DNA of 64,000 nucleotides, from positions 224,001 through 288,000 of the forward strand of contig OY969927.1 of assembly GCA_963704655.1 (NCBI GenBank), given 5' to 3'. This stretch comes from an uncultured Candidatus Babeliaceae bacterium. GTDB taxonomy: Bacteria > Babelota > Babeliae > Babelales > Babelaceae. Numbering within the stretch: position 1 is the first letter of the stretch; every line of letters begins with the position of its first letter. Shown piece by piece: positions 16,394 through 26,644 of the stretch. The notes below the pieces were generated by a model. The model was not told the DNA's origin and made no database searches. It was given only the letters and a program-made list of their open reading frames with translations. Both the position numbers and the translations under genes were made by a program.

Positions 16394-17446
16394 CTATTCT
16401 ATAATTTCCAGGCCTGGTAAAACTTGATCACTTAGGTAGGCAAGTGTTGATCCACCGCCCGTTGAAAGATAGATATTTTTTTTGTTAATATTCCAAAGTT
16501 GTGCGGCAAGAGTAGTATCACCTCCAGCAATTACTATTGCAGCTTGTGTATGCATAAAAAGTTCAAATAATTTCTGGGTATATTCCGTTGTTGCTGGCTG
16601 CTCCAGCAAGCCCATCATTCCGTTATAAATAATCGTCTCCATGCTGATAATAATGTGCTGCCATGTCAAAAAAGTTTCCAGTCCAATACTTATTTTTTTG
16701 TTTTCATACAAAAGATAATCTGTAGGTATAAGAACCGTAATTCCTGCTTTTTGCGCATCGCGAATAAAACTTTCGGTTTCTGGCAATTCGTTCAGGCCTG
16801 GGCATAATGCAATATGCGTCGCCTTATCAAAAAAATTATATAAAACTTGTAGCTTTTCAAGACCTTTACCTCCACCAACAATAACCATGTAAGGTTTTTT
16901 TGGAGAATCTTTTATTGGTTGTAAATGTTCTAACTCATGTTGAACTGTAAGCCCGATTGATCTATCTTCGGGCTTGAAAAGTTGCGCTGCTGTGATAATT
17001 GAAGTCTCTTCTCGTGCAAGAACACCAAAACCATCCTCGATAAAAAACGTGCAGTTTTGTGAAATTTTTTTTGCAAATTCTAAGTTGGCCCACTCTTCCT
17101 GTGGATAAAATCTTAAATTTTCAAGTAACAGAATATCCACATCTTTTTGAAGAGCATTTTTAAGGTTTTCGACGTTGCTCCACATGCAGGAAAATCCGGC
17201 CCTCATAAAATGGTCTGTAAGTTGCTCTGTTGAATATTCAGGGTCATAACCTCGGGGTCTGCCTATATGTGTTGCAAGTGTTACGTGGGCACCATGTTCT
17301 TTGAGATAATAAAGTGTTGGTAGTAAACGCTGAAATTTTAAGCTTTTAACAAACAATGCTGGCTCTAGATTGGTATTTAAATCTGCTCGTAAAAAAACTC
17401 TTTTTCCCACTAAATCCCAATTAAGCATGCGTAAAGGGGTATTCAC
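16394..17446 (-). CDS. pgk: Phosphoglycerate kinase (short, divergent)
   Basis: GKRVFLRADLN, THIGRP, LLENLRF, AGGDT, LSTGGGSTL, LPGL. Confidence 0.9.
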   Translation of the reverse strand: MNTPLRMLNWDLVGKRVFLRADLNTNLEPALFVKSLKFQRLLPTLYYLKEHGAHVTLATHIGRPRGYDPEYSTEQLTDHFMRAGFSCMWSNVENLKNALQKDVDILLLENLRFYPQEEWANLEFAKKISQNCTFFIEDGFGVLAREETSIITAAQLFKPEDRSIGLTVQHELEHLQPIKDSPKKPYMVIVGGGKGLEKLQVLYNFFDKATHIALCPGLNELPETESFIRDAQKAGITVLIPTDYLLYENKKISIGLETFLTWQHIIISMETIIYNGMMGLLEQPATTEYTQKLFELFMHTQAAIVIAGGDTTLAAQLWNINKKNIYLSTGGGSTLAYLSDQVLPGLEIIE

Positions 17447-18675
17447 TATTCAGCTCCAAATTTTAAAAGGTGCGCTACTGAAAATGTATGTATTCTGCGT
17501 GCGGGAATATATGATGCGATAAATCCAAGAAGCATCATAGTGCAAAAAACCGTCGCAATAAGTGGCATATCAAGAGCTGCGGGTAAATGGTCAACATAAT
17601 AAGCATCAGGGAGTGTAATTATAGGGTATCGTTCAAGGAGCCAACTTGCGCATGCCGCAAGAATAATTCCTATAATAGTTGCTGCAAGTGTAATAAAAAG
17701 GCCTATGAACATAAAAAGCATACTGATATCGCGATCAAGCATCCCCATGGTTTTTAAAATAACAATTTCCATTTTTTTCTGCGTGATATACATAAAAATA
17801 AGCGCCATACAATTCATTGCAGCAATTAAAGCGCATAGTGCTAAAATAATAAAGGCCGCATATTTTTCAAGTGCAAGCGCAGCAACAAGCGCTGGATAAA
17901 GGTCCTTCCATGTGTATACTTCAAGCCCGTTAAAACGCGCTGTTAATCTTTGTGCACAGCTTTCGATATCGACTTCAGCGTTACATTTCAGCGTTAGTTG
18001 TGAAACTTCTATATTTTTAAAAAGTGTTTTAAAAAAATCTAAATTGCAAAAAACTACTGCGGTATCAAACTCGTCTATGCCCGTTTTAAATGTTCCACCT
18101 ACTCTTGCTTGTGCCTGCTCTAGAGTGATTTTTCTTTTTTGAGGCTCTTCGGGAATATAAAGTGCGGTTATATCCTGTCCGGGCTTGATATTTAAAAGTT
18201 TTGCTGCTGTGACACCCAGTAATAGACGATTGTCGGTTAATTGTTCTGCTGGGTTGTCAGGTTGTGTGAGTGTTGAAAAAAGAGTGCTGACTTTTTTTTC
18301 ACAGAGCGGCTCAATGCCGATACATACGCATAATGGTGAAAGAGTATCCTGGGTATCAGATTTTAATAAAATATTACTGATAGCTTGCGGTGCCGATGCG
18401 ATAATTTCATGCGGAAATTCTTTTTCTATAACTGCTGCAAGCCGTTTATAATCTAATGCCCCCGTGGGACTTTTAATAATAATATCAGCATGAATACCTT
18501 GTAATTTTTTTGCGGTTTCTTTTTGAAAGCCGTTCATTACAGCTACAACAAGGGTAAGCGCAAAAGTGCTTATGGTAAGTGCAGTAAAGCAAAGTTTGAT
18601 CATTAAGGAGATATTTTTTTGTCCTGATGCACTGGTGATATGGGCAAGTGCGAGGCGTACAATAACGTCGATCAT
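17446..18675 (-). CDS. LolC/E-like (FtsX/MacB-type) ABC transporter permease
   Basis: VVAVMNGFQ, TWKDLYPAL..AL.LEK, EIVILKTMG, YYVDHLP, YIPARR. Confidence 0.9.
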   Translation of the reverse strand: MIDVIVRLALAHITSASGQKNISLMIKLCFTALTISTFALTLVVAVMNGFQKETAKKLQGIHADIIIKSPTGALDYKRLAAVIEKEFPHEIIASAPQAISNILLKSDTQDTLSPLCVCIGIEPLCEKKVSTLFSTLTQPDNPAEQLTDNRLLLGVTAAKLLNIKPGQDITALYIPEEPQKRKITLEQAQARVGGTFKTGIDEFDTAVVFCNLDFFKTLFKNIEVSQLTLKCNAEVDIESCAQRLTARFNGLEVYTWKDLYPALVAALALEKYAAFIILALCALIAAMNCMALIFMYITQKKMEIVILKTMGMLDRDISMLFMFIGLFITLAATIIGIILAACASWLLERYPIITLPDAYYVDHLPAALDMPLIATVFCTMMLLGFIASYIPARRIHTFSVAHLLKFGAE

Positions 18676-18772
18676 GTGCGAACTTTCTTTGATAAATATG
18701 AGTCTCTCTTGTGCAAGTATAACGGCTTTTTTTAGATTAAGGGAGAGTTTATATCTAAAGGCGCATAATTTT

Positions 18773-19240
18773 ATGGAATATAATAAAAAAATAGTTATTG
18801 CAACAGATCATCGTGGCTTTGCATTAAAAGAATATCTTAAAACCCTGCAAACAGTTTCTTGTGATACGAATAGTTTTTCTATTTCATGGATTGATGTTGG
18901 TGCATTTACCCCCGAGCGGTCAGATTATCCAATTTTTGCCCAGTACGCTATTCAAAAAATGCATGAAGATGCCGTTGATGGCATTGTTTTATTGTGCGGT
19001 AGTGGTAATGGCATGGCAATAGCTGCAAATAGATTTAAAGGAGTTTTTGCATGTGTGGCATGGAACCCTCAGGTGGCGACTCAGGCAAAAGAGGATGATA
19101 ATTGTAATGTGCTTGTTATTCCAGCAGATTATGTAACACAAAAGGAGATTATTTTCATAATCTCCTTTTGGCTAAATGCTCAATTTAAAGGTGGTCGTTA
19201 CGCTGAACGCCTTGAATGTATTGATAGTAATCTAAGCTAG
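18773..19240 (-). other. Note only: no minus-strand gene supported here; the locus is occupied by plus-strand rpiB
   Basis: No minus-strand ORF in the track over this interval. Confidence 0.05.
18773..19240 (+). CDS. rpiB: Ribose-5-phosphate isomerase B
   Basis: IATDHRGFALK, SDYP, LCGSGNGMAIAANRFKG, FKGGRYAERL; start ATG 18773 (the track start overlaps the divergent gene). Confidence 0.93.
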   Translation: MEYNKKIVIATDHRGFALKEYLKTLQTVSCDTNSFSISWIDVGAFTPERSDYPIFAQYAIQKMHEDAVDGIVLLCGSGNGMAIAANRFKGVFACVAWNPQVATQAKEDDNCNVLVIPADYVTQKEIIFIISFWLNAQFKGGRYAERLECIDSNLS

Positions 19241-20539
19241 TGGCACAAGTTCAAACTTATGAAATTCCAACATCACGGGATCAATAACCGTATGATCTTG
19301 TGTTGTTGCGCATATTAAAAGTGGGAAATTGCTTTCTTGTGATAAATATCTTGTAAGTCTATTAATAATATCAGCATATACTTCTGGTTCAACATCTTTT
19401 TGTGTATAGATCCAGTCAATATTAGTGATAATTAAGACCGTTGGTCCGAACTCTAAGCATTCTTCTAATACTTTATCAAGTTTTCTGTTCACTAATGACG
19501 AACCATGTATTTCATAGGTGAGCCATTTTGCAGATGAACCAAGCGCTTGTAATTTTTTGGTCATTTCTCCTGCAACAGCGAAAGCCATTTTGCGAGTATC
19601 TGCAAGCGATCCTTCAAATAAATAGCCGCGAGCCATTTTTAAATCTGCTGCACGATATTTATCTACATTTATGCAGAAATCCATAACAGGTGTCATAAGT
19701 AATTTGGTATCTTCGTAGCCTTTAATCGTATCAAAAGATTCTTTTGAAGGTTTTGCTGGGTAACCAGATTTGCGGGCCTTACCTATTATCTCTGCGTATG
19801 ATTTATTCCAGCTTTCGGTTACATACTTATTGATTTTTTCAGCACTACCGACAATGTTTGGAGAAAATATTCCTGCAAGAACGGCTTTAACAATTTGCGA
19901 ATCAGCCTCTTTTAAGATAGATTCCACAAGTTTATTTTCGCTTTTAGGGTCATACTCATGAGTTAATCTTTTGAGCAAGTTGACTATTTGGGGAATCACG
20001 AAGAAGTACATTACTCCAGCGAAAGCCAATGGTTTTGCCAGCTCTATATACGTTATTAACTGTGTTCGTTGTAGAAATTCTTGACCATAATAATCTAGTG
20101 CACCAAGAATGGTAAGCTGGAACTTAAAGTAACTTAACACTAAGTTATTAAGCTTTTCTTGCAATACCTGTGTATCTGGAAGAGATATCCCTTTTTCAGA
20201 AGTTTCATAATTTTGAATACATGCGGTTACACGAGCCGGAACATTCATGCATGATTCGTTAATGCATGTTTGGAAGGTATCGATGACACACTCTAAAGCA
20301 TCTGGGTGAAGATTTATGAACGCATTTAGCTGATCCAACGCCATAATAGTGCTTTTATGTGGAACTTCAGGGTCTATAACTAAAGGCAAACGTTCTTTGC
20401 AATGTTTAATGAGACCTGTTACAAAAGCTTGCTGTTGTTTATGTACAGCATCTATGGTTGCCTGCGATTGTGCGTAGGCTTGTTGTGAGTTAAAAGTTAT
20501 TAAGCAACACAACAGCGCAGATAAAAATAGTCGTTTCAT
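19232..20539 (-). CDS. Exported/membrane protein with a degenerate AAA+ domain
   Basis: Signal peptide; SFDTIKGYED..K, RGYLFEG (Walker A lost), PTVLIITNID, LICATT. Confidence 0.7.
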   Translation of the reverse strand: MKRLFLSALLCCLITFNSQQAYAQSQATIDAVHKQQQAFVTGLIKHCKERLPLVIDPEVPHKSTIMALDQLNAFINLHPDALECVIDTFQTCINESCMNVPARVTACIQNYETSEKGISLPDTQVLQEKLNNLVLSYFKFQLTILGALDYYGQEFLQRTQLITYIELAKPLAFAGVMYFFVIPQIVNLLKRLTHEYDPKSENKLVESILKEADSQIVKAVLAGIFSPNIVGSAEKINKYVTESWNKSYAEIIGKARKSGYPAKPSKESFDTIKGYEDTKLLMTPVMDFCINVDKYRAADLKMARGYLFEGSLADTRKMAFAVAGEMTKKLQALGSSAKWLTYEIHGSSLVNRKLDKVLEECLEFGPTVLIITNIDWIYTQKDVEPEVYADIINRLTRYLSQESNFPLLICATTQDHTVIDPVMLEFHKFELVPLA

Positions 20540-20584
20540 AAATCTTCCTTAAAGAGATACAGATACAGTGTTAATTTTTGATTG

Positions 20585-22921
20585 TTATTGTACTATGTTA
20601 TCGATCTCTTTACCAGTAATACAGCGCTCTTTTAAAAGTTCTGCCACAAGTTTTTCAATAAGTGGCTTATGCTCGTTTAATAATGCGAACACTTCCGCTT
20701 CAAAGCGTTGTAATAGTTTTTCGGTTTCTTCAAATACGCGATTTTGCTGTTCTTGTGGTATTGATTTAAGTGTTAACCCTTTAAGTATTAACTTCTGTGC
20801 CCATTCAAATGCTGCTTTATAATCTTGTGCTGTGTAGTCGATATGGTAGGTTCCAAGAATTATTTTTTGAGCACAAATACCTGCAAGGTAACGTTTACAG
20901 AGTTTTTCAATCTCTTGCGCGTCTGAATATGGAATTTCTTCACGGTTAGATGTTGAGATAATTGTTCCATAGCGCAAAGGCATAACTTCAGTATCTTTCT
21001 TTTCTGAAAGCCAGAAATGATCCTCTTCGATTCTGCCATCTACTTTTGAGATAGTTGCAAGATGAATTGTTTCATGGATCTCAAGTTTTTTATGTGCCAC
21101 AATCTTACCCGCTTGGTCAATTGCCGCGATTTGAGCTTCGTCTTTGGTGAGTTCGGCTGTTGAACCAATACCATGAACAATGCTGTTTATAGCGCGTTGT
21201 AAATGTACTTGGCTTACACCTTGACCATTGGCGCGTGCTTCAAAGCGAGCATCTTTAACGATCTGTTGTAAGTGGCCATAATCACAATCTTTGGTTTGCA
21301 ATACGATGCTTTTTAGATCAACGGTTTGTGGGTTGATACCATATTTTTCAAAATTTGTTGCAAAGAATTGCGCACGTTCACGAATGCCAGGTTTTTTGAA
21401 TCTGATGACTTTACCAAAACGTTCATGTTTAAAGAGTTCTGGCGCTAATAGCTCAGGGTGATTTGTTGCGCCGATAATAAATACCTGTTTTAATGGGTCT
21501 TTGATTTTATGTAATTCAGTAAGTTGTGTTAAAAACTCATTAAGAAGTTCTTTATTACCCGTTTTTTGTAATCCAAGAAGATGTATCTCGTCGATAAATA
21601 AAATACAAGGCGCATTGTCTAAAGCGTAACTTATGACTTCTTTTAATGATGCGATGCTGGTGATCATAAGGTAGTTAACTTCAATGAACTTAATCTTAAG
21701 ATTAGAGCCCATACTATTATAAAGTTCATTAATGGTTGCAGCCATTGCTTTGGCAACTGCAGTTTTACCGGTTCTTGATGGTCCGATTAAAAGACAGCAT
21801 TTTGCAATTTCATTGTCTGAGCGAATATAGAGTTCAGGATCACGTAGATAATCTAAAATTTTATTAATTTCACGTTTTTGATCTTCTAGACCAATAAGTG
21901 ATTCATCATCCAAAGTTGGAGTGTTATCTAGCGATGTTGCAAGGCCCTCGCGGCGAATATGTTTTATTCCTTTTAATGAATCATAATAATCACTGATCAT
22001 GCTGCGGCCATCTGAATATTTTTTAAAGAGCCAGCTTGCATTTCGTTGAAAGAACGATTTAGCAGTGGTTCCAATATACGCGTCATAAGCTTCTTTGGTG
22101 ATAACTGCAGTGATACTGCCACCAACAATCCCAGAAGCATAACCTTGCTTAAAGCCTGGAATTACGCTTATAGAGTTACAGACGTCTAAGATTTTATTAC
22201 TTGCAGTAGCGATTGCAGCCCCGTGGTCATATAAAGAGAATACAATTCCAGTAATACCTATAATGCCCGCCATGTGCCACTTATAGTTATTATAAAAGTT
22301 TTCTGTAGCGCGAACTGCTATATTAAATGGGGTTAAACCTAAAGATGTACTGTTTTTCTCAAGGTCAAATAAGCGTTCGTCATTTTTAATGAGAACTTTA
22401 AGAATATAATCAAATGAATCGGAATAGTTTTTATCTGGTACTAAAAGATCATCTATGCTTGGAATATCAAGAAGTGTTATGTCAGTTTCAATAGCAAGCG
22501 AAAGACGATCGATAATGTTTTTTAAAATAACCGTGACCTTAGCAAGGGTATCCTGTTCTGCGGTTAAAACACTCATGCCTTGCAGCTGATGCGCGATGCT
22601 GATATAAGCAGATAATTTTTTAAGGGTTTCATTTTTGTCACCAGATACTTTAATAAGCCCTTTTTGAATGCCAGCCAGAACTTGTTGTAAAATTGCTGTT
22701 ATAAAGCCTATTTGCTTTGAGCACTCTTTTTGAACTTGCTGGGAAATTGCAATTATTTGTTCTTTTGCAAGTATGGCTTGTTCAAGCGCCGCTTGGTTAA
22801 GTTCGGCTTGGGTTGCGGCCTGCGTTTGAAGCTGCTCTGTTGCAACAGGCTCGGCGTTTAAAGAGATAGACTGAAGCGAAATGGCCGCAAAAGCCACTAG
22901 TAGTAGTTTTTTAAGGTTCAT
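20585..22921 (-). CDS. FtsH-like AAA+ ATPase with a degenerate M41 protease domain
   Basis: GPSRTGKT, PCILFIDEI, IIGATNHP; the C-terminus follows the M41 pattern but has IDQAGK in place of HEAGH. Confidence 0.85.
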   Translation of the reverse strand: MNLKKLLLVAFAAISLQSISLNAEPVATEQLQTQAATQAELNQAALEQAILAKEQIIAISQQVQKECSKQIGFITAILQQVLAGIQKGLIKVSGDKNETLKKLSAYISIAHQLQGMSVLTAEQDTLAKVTVILKNIIDRLSLAIETDITLLDIPSIDDLLVPDKNYSDSFDYILKVLIKNDERLFDLEKNSTSLGLTPFNIAVRATENFYNNYKWHMAGIIGITGIVFSLYDHGAAIATASNKILDVCNSISVIPGFKQGYASGIVGGSITAVITKEAYDAYIGTTAKSFFQRNASWLFKKYSDGRSMISDYYDSLKGIKHIRREGLATSLDNTPTLDDESLIGLEDQKREINKILDYLRDPELYIRSDNEIAKCCLLIGPSRTGKTAVAKAMAATINELYNSMGSNLKIKFIEVNYLMITSIASLKEVISYALDNAPCILFIDEIHLLGLQKTGNKELLNEFLTQLTELHKIKDPLKQVFIIGATNHPELLAPELFKHERFGKVIRFKKPGIRERAQFFATNFEKYGINPQTVDLKSIVLQTKDCDYGHLQQIVKDARFEARANGQGVSQVHLQRAINSIVHGIGSTAELTKDEAQIAAIDQAGKIVAHKKLEIHETIHLATISKVDGRIEEDHFWLSEKKDTEVMPLRYGTIISTSNREEIPYSDAQEIEKLCKRYLAGICAQKIILGTYHIDYTAQDYKAAFEWAQKLILKGLTLKSIPQEQQNRVFEETEKLLQRFEAEVFALLNEHKPLIEKLVAELLKERCITGKEIDNIVQ

Positions 22922-23178
22922 TTTTATATCCTTATTAAGATATGTTATTTACAATATACAATATTAAATCAAGTATACAGAAATGCCCAAAAATTGAAAG
23001 TTTAGCGGCAAATATTTCGCTTAAGTATAACGAATTTTGCTTTTTATTTCCAAATTGAAAATATATTAAATAGCTTGCTTGAGATTGTTATATCAAGATA
23101 TTTTATTTACTCTATCATTTTAAGTATACTGAAATACGCAAAATTTAAAAAAATTGGTACCGTAAACAAGGCTTTATT

Positions 23179-24636
23179 ATGAATCTTTTTTCACGTTTTT
23201 TACTCTGGACTGCAGGTATTGTTGGTGTTTGTGCGGGTGGGTACTATGGGTACCGTTTGCTTGGTGATAAAACAAATAAACAGTCTCAGGGCTTTGACTG
23301 GAAAGCTGTTGAAGCGAAAAAGAATATTATTCCTGTTGCTATTATAGGTTCCGGTCCGGCTGGGCTCAGTGCCGCGCTGTATACTTCGCGCGCGCATTTA
23401 CATACGGTGGTATTCCAAGGTCCGCAAGCTGGTGGGCAACTTATGAGCACTAGTGAAGTTGAAAATTGGCCGGGGATTGGAAAAAAACACGGGCCAGAGA
23501 TTATGAAAGCTGTTTCTGATCAAGCGCAGCATTTTGGGGCCGTTCTTCTTAACGATACGATAAAAAAAGTAAATTTTTCCGTTTGGCCGTATGAACTTAC
23601 TACTGCTGAAGATACTATTGTATATGCATTATCGGTAATTATTTCTACCGGTGCTTCACCCGAGCGGCTTAAAGATGTTCCTGGTGAAGTTGAACACTGG
23701 GGCAAAGGGGTTACTGGGTGTGCTATTTGTGATGCAGCGTTTTATAAAGATAAAGATGTCGTTGTTGTCGGCGGTGGTGACTCGGCCGCAGAACAAGCAT
23801 TACAGCTTACTGCCTATGCGCGCCATATAACTATCTTGGTGCGTGGGGAAAAAATGCGTGCGTCTGCTGCTATGCAAGATCGTCTTAAAAAGTTTGATTA
23901 TATTAAAATTCGTTCCAAATGCTCCATTACTGAAATTGAAGGTGATGGGCAACAGGTTACCGGTATTAAGTTAAAGACAGCTCAGGGCTCTGAGCATATG
24001 GCTATCGATGGGGTCTTTCTTGCTATAGGTCACAAACCTAATACTGGGCTTTTTAAGGACCAGATCGCTTTTACGCCTGCTGGATATATTCTGCACCAAT
24101 GCAGAACGCAGGAAACATCCAAAGAGGGTGTTTTTGCTGCAGGTGATGTTTCTGATGAACGCTATCGTCAAGCAGCTGTTGCAAGTGGCGATGGGGTTAA
24201 GGCGGCTCTTGATGCAGAACGCTTTTTACAGCAGATCGGTTTTGATGAGATCTATGCCAAAAAGATTGAACGCAAGCTGTATGACCCCGTTGTAACTTCG
24301 CAGTCTGTTGAGATTCAGTCTATTGAGTCTATGGAACAGTTTAAAAAAATAGTTTTAGAAAGTAATGTCCCGGTAATTGTCGATTTTTATACTAAATTCT
24401 GTTCCTCATGTTTGCAGATGATGCCATTTGTTCAGGCGGTTGCTGCGCAGATGAAAGATCGTTTATTATGTGTTAAAGTTGATATAGAAAAGGTGCCGGA
24501 ACTTAAAGAACGGTATTCGGTTTCAACGGTTCCGTTCTTTGTAGTTATTAAAAAGGGGTTAGTCGTTGGTCGTTATAATGATGTAATGACTAAACGTGAA
24601 TTTTTTGATTTTGCAACCCGTTTTGTAAACGAGTAA
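23179..24636 (+). CDS. trxB: Thioredoxin reductase fused to a C-terminal thioredoxin domain, with an N-terminal membrane anchor
   Basis: IIGSGPAG, GGQL, VENWPG, CAICD, VFAAGDV, YRQA; then VIVDFYTKFCSSC and STVP. Confidence 0.92.
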   Translation: MNLFSRFLLWTAGIVGVCAGGYYGYRLLGDKTNKQSQGFDWKAVEAKKNIIPVAIIGSGPAGLSAALYTSRAHLHTVVFQGPQAGGQLMSTSEVENWPGIGKKHGPEIMKAVSDQAQHFGAVLLNDTIKKVNFSVWPYELTTAEDTIVYALSVIISTGASPERLKDVPGEVEHWGKGVTGCAICDAAFYKDKDVVVVGGGDSAAEQALQLTAYARHITILVRGEKMRASAAMQDRLKKFDYIKIRSKCSITEIEGDGQQVTGIKLKTAQGSEHMAIDGVFLAIGHKPNTGLFKDQIAFTPAGYILHQCRTQETSKEGVFAAGDVSDERYRQAAVASGDGVKAALDAERFLQQIGFDEIYAKKIERKLYDPVVTSQSVEIQSIESMEQFKKIVLESNVPVIVDFYTKFCSSCLQMMPFVQAVAAQMKDRLLCVKVDIEKVPELKERYSVSTVPFFVVIKKGLVVGRYNDVMTKREFFDFATRFVNE

Positions 24637-24638
24637 CT

Positions 24639-25628
24639 ATGTTAAAAAAAATATTAGTTTTTATTATATCTTTTTCTATTTCTCTGAATGCGCAAGATAA
24701 CTATTTTCCTTTAGTTATTATTGGTGGGGGCGTAGCGGGGTATTCTTCTGCAATTTATGGTGGGAACGCACGGATTCCCACTGCCGTATTTGTTGGCCCG
24801 CGTGCCGGTGGTCAGCTTGCTGTTGCAGGTGTTGTTGAAAATATGCCAGGCGTTTTACCGCAATACGGCTATGCCATTACCGAGCAGCTTGAAAAGCAGG
24901 CAAAAACATTTGGTGCTCAGATTTTCTATGAAACAATTGCGTCTATTGCTGAAAGTATAGAATCCGGTCATCGATTTATCCTTACAACTTCTGAAGGCAC
25001 GCTCTATTATGCCGATGCTATAATTGTTGCAACCGGTTCGCGCCCACGTATGTTGGGGATCCCCGGTGAGTCTGAATTTTGGGGCAAAGGGGTATCAACA
25101 TGTGCCATCTGTGATTGCGCCCTTGCGCAAGACAAAGATGTCGTGATTGTTGGCGGTGGCGATTCTGCCATTGAAGAGGCGTTACAGTTAGCGCCCTATG
25201 CACGCAGTATCACCTTGTTATTACGTAGTAATGGTTTTCGCGCAAGCCCTCGTATGCAAGAAAAACTTTTATCGTTCAAGCATATTTCGTATCGTTATGA
25301 TATTGAAGTGCTAGAGATTTTTGGTGAAGAAAATGGCATGCGTGGCGTAAAAATTTATAATAAAGCCACTGAAGAACAAGAAATTTTCCATGCGCAGGGT
25401 ATTTTTCTTGCAATTGGGCAGATTCCAGAAACAGATTTTATTCGTGATCTGGTTCGCTGTGATAAATATGGGTACATTGTCTTACTTGACCGTCAAAAAA
25501 CTTCAGTTGAAGGCATTTTTGCTGCTGGTGATGTTACAGACAGCCGGTATCGTCAGGCGATTGTTGCAAGCGGCGATGCTGCTAAAGCGGCACTTGATGC
25601 AGTAGCATTCTTGCGTGGCATAGATTAG
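24639..25628 (+). CDS. trxB: Second thioredoxin reductase with a signal-peptide-like N-terminus
   Basis: IIGGGVAG, GKGVSTCAICD, GGGDSA, IFAAGDV, YRQA. Confidence 0.9.
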   Translation: MLKKILVFIISFSISLNAQDNYFPLVIIGGGVAGYSSAIYGGNARIPTAVFVGPRAGGQLAVAGVVENMPGVLPQYGYAITEQLEKQAKTFGAQIFYETIASIAESIESGHRFILTTSEGTLYYADAIIVATGSRPRMLGIPGESEFWGKGVSTCAICDCALAQDKDVVIVGGGDSAIEEALQLAPYARSITLLLRSNGFRASPRMQEKLLSFKHISYRYDIEVLEIFGEENGMRGVKIYNKATEEQEIFHAQGIFLAIGQIPETDFIRDLVRCDKYGYIVLLDRQKTSVEGIFAAGDVTDSRYRQAIVASGDAAKAALDAVAFLRGID

Positions 25629-25656
25629 TAATTTTTATTATTACAACAGAAGGGCA

Positions 25657-26166
25657 ATGGATATGAATAAACAATACCGCATATATGCAACCGTGATTTT
25701 TTTAACTTTTTCACCCTGTCTATTTAGTGCAGATAACTCTGATAATCGTTATATGCAGCTTGCAGAGTCGTATCTTAACAGTACTATAGTTGTTGTGCCG
25801 CATGAAACAGATATTACTATGTCTGACGAAGAATACGACAACTTACTTATTGCTGCAGGTCATGATTATGATCATGCTCGAGAATATCTTGAGCGTTATA
25901 AGACCTTGGGTCTATTAAGAAAAACGCCTCATATAGTTCTTCCTGAACATACTGGAAAAAAAGAATATCTTTTGCAAGATCTTTTGAAAGCAACGCAAGA
26001 CACTCAGCAGCAAGAATTCATCGTGAAAGCGGTAGTAGCACACAATTTAGAACGAAGAAAGATGTTGACGTATATCCCTAACAAAAGGGGGCTTAGGGTC
26101 CAGCCTTTAATATGGGATGATTCGAAAAATGAAATAGCTGCTATTTTCAAGTACTTTCAGCCTTAA
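25657..26166 (+). CDS. Secreted hypothetical protein (paralog of 26645..27199)
   Basis: Signal peptide; shares YL...V.VP...D..M..E.(Y/F) and PL..DDS motifs with the 26645 ORF. Confidence 0.75.
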   Translation: MDMNKQYRIYATVIFLTFSPCLFSADNSDNRYMQLAESYLNSTIVVVPHETDITMSDEEYDNLLIAAGHDYDHAREYLERYKTLGLLRKTPHIVLPEHTGKKEYLLQDLLKATQDTQQQEFIVKAVVAHNLERRKMLTYIPNKRGLRVQPLIWDDSKNEIAAIFKYFQP

Positions 26167-26242
26167 ATAGAAAAATAAGAGTATTTTTTTGCTATTTCTT
26201 ATTATCAAACTCACGTTAATAATAGTAAATGTAATTCAAAAA

Positions 26243-26419
26243 TTACTTGCCGTTGAGTAAGTACGTCAGAATTTTTACACTTGCTTCTGGGCACGCGCTA
26301 AAAAGCTTGCTCCATGCAAAAATTGCTGAATCCCTTTTGTCTTTGTTAGGGAGCTCATCTTGCTTTGCGTTTAATGTTATCGATGGTAATAATGCAAGAA
26401 TAATAAATAATTTTTTCAT
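26243..26419 (-). CDS. Small secreted protein, 58 aa (not in the ORF track)
   Basis: AAGGAG RBS; MKKLFIILALLPSITLNAKQDELPNK...LLNGK*. Confidence 0.65.
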   Translation of the reverse strand: MKKLFIILALLPSITLNAKQDELPNKDKRDSAIFAWSKLFSACPEASVKILTYLLNGK

Positions 26420-26644
26420 ACTGCTCCTTATGTATAATTTTTTAATAAGCTTGTAGTCAGTATATCAACGTAATAAAAAAAATATTATAAATTTTATAGG
26501 CTCCAGGATTTCTTAAACTAAGAAGTTTTGGCGTTTTCGCTGTCCTGGTGCGGATAATGTGATGTTTTTGTAGAAAAAAAATTCTTGAACGGGTATCATA
26601 TTTGAAGATATATATTTAATTACTCTTTTTTAGGTTCAAAAAAA

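Noticed and set aside
18566-18772. N-terminal extensions of rpiB and of SpoIID (35259..35447) in the ORF track
   Set aside because: They overlap neighbouring real genes; homology begins at later starts. rpiB is on the + strand only.
26247-26456. 69-aa plus-strand ORF
   Set aside because: The opposite strand has a better gene (RBS and signal peptide) at 26243-26419.
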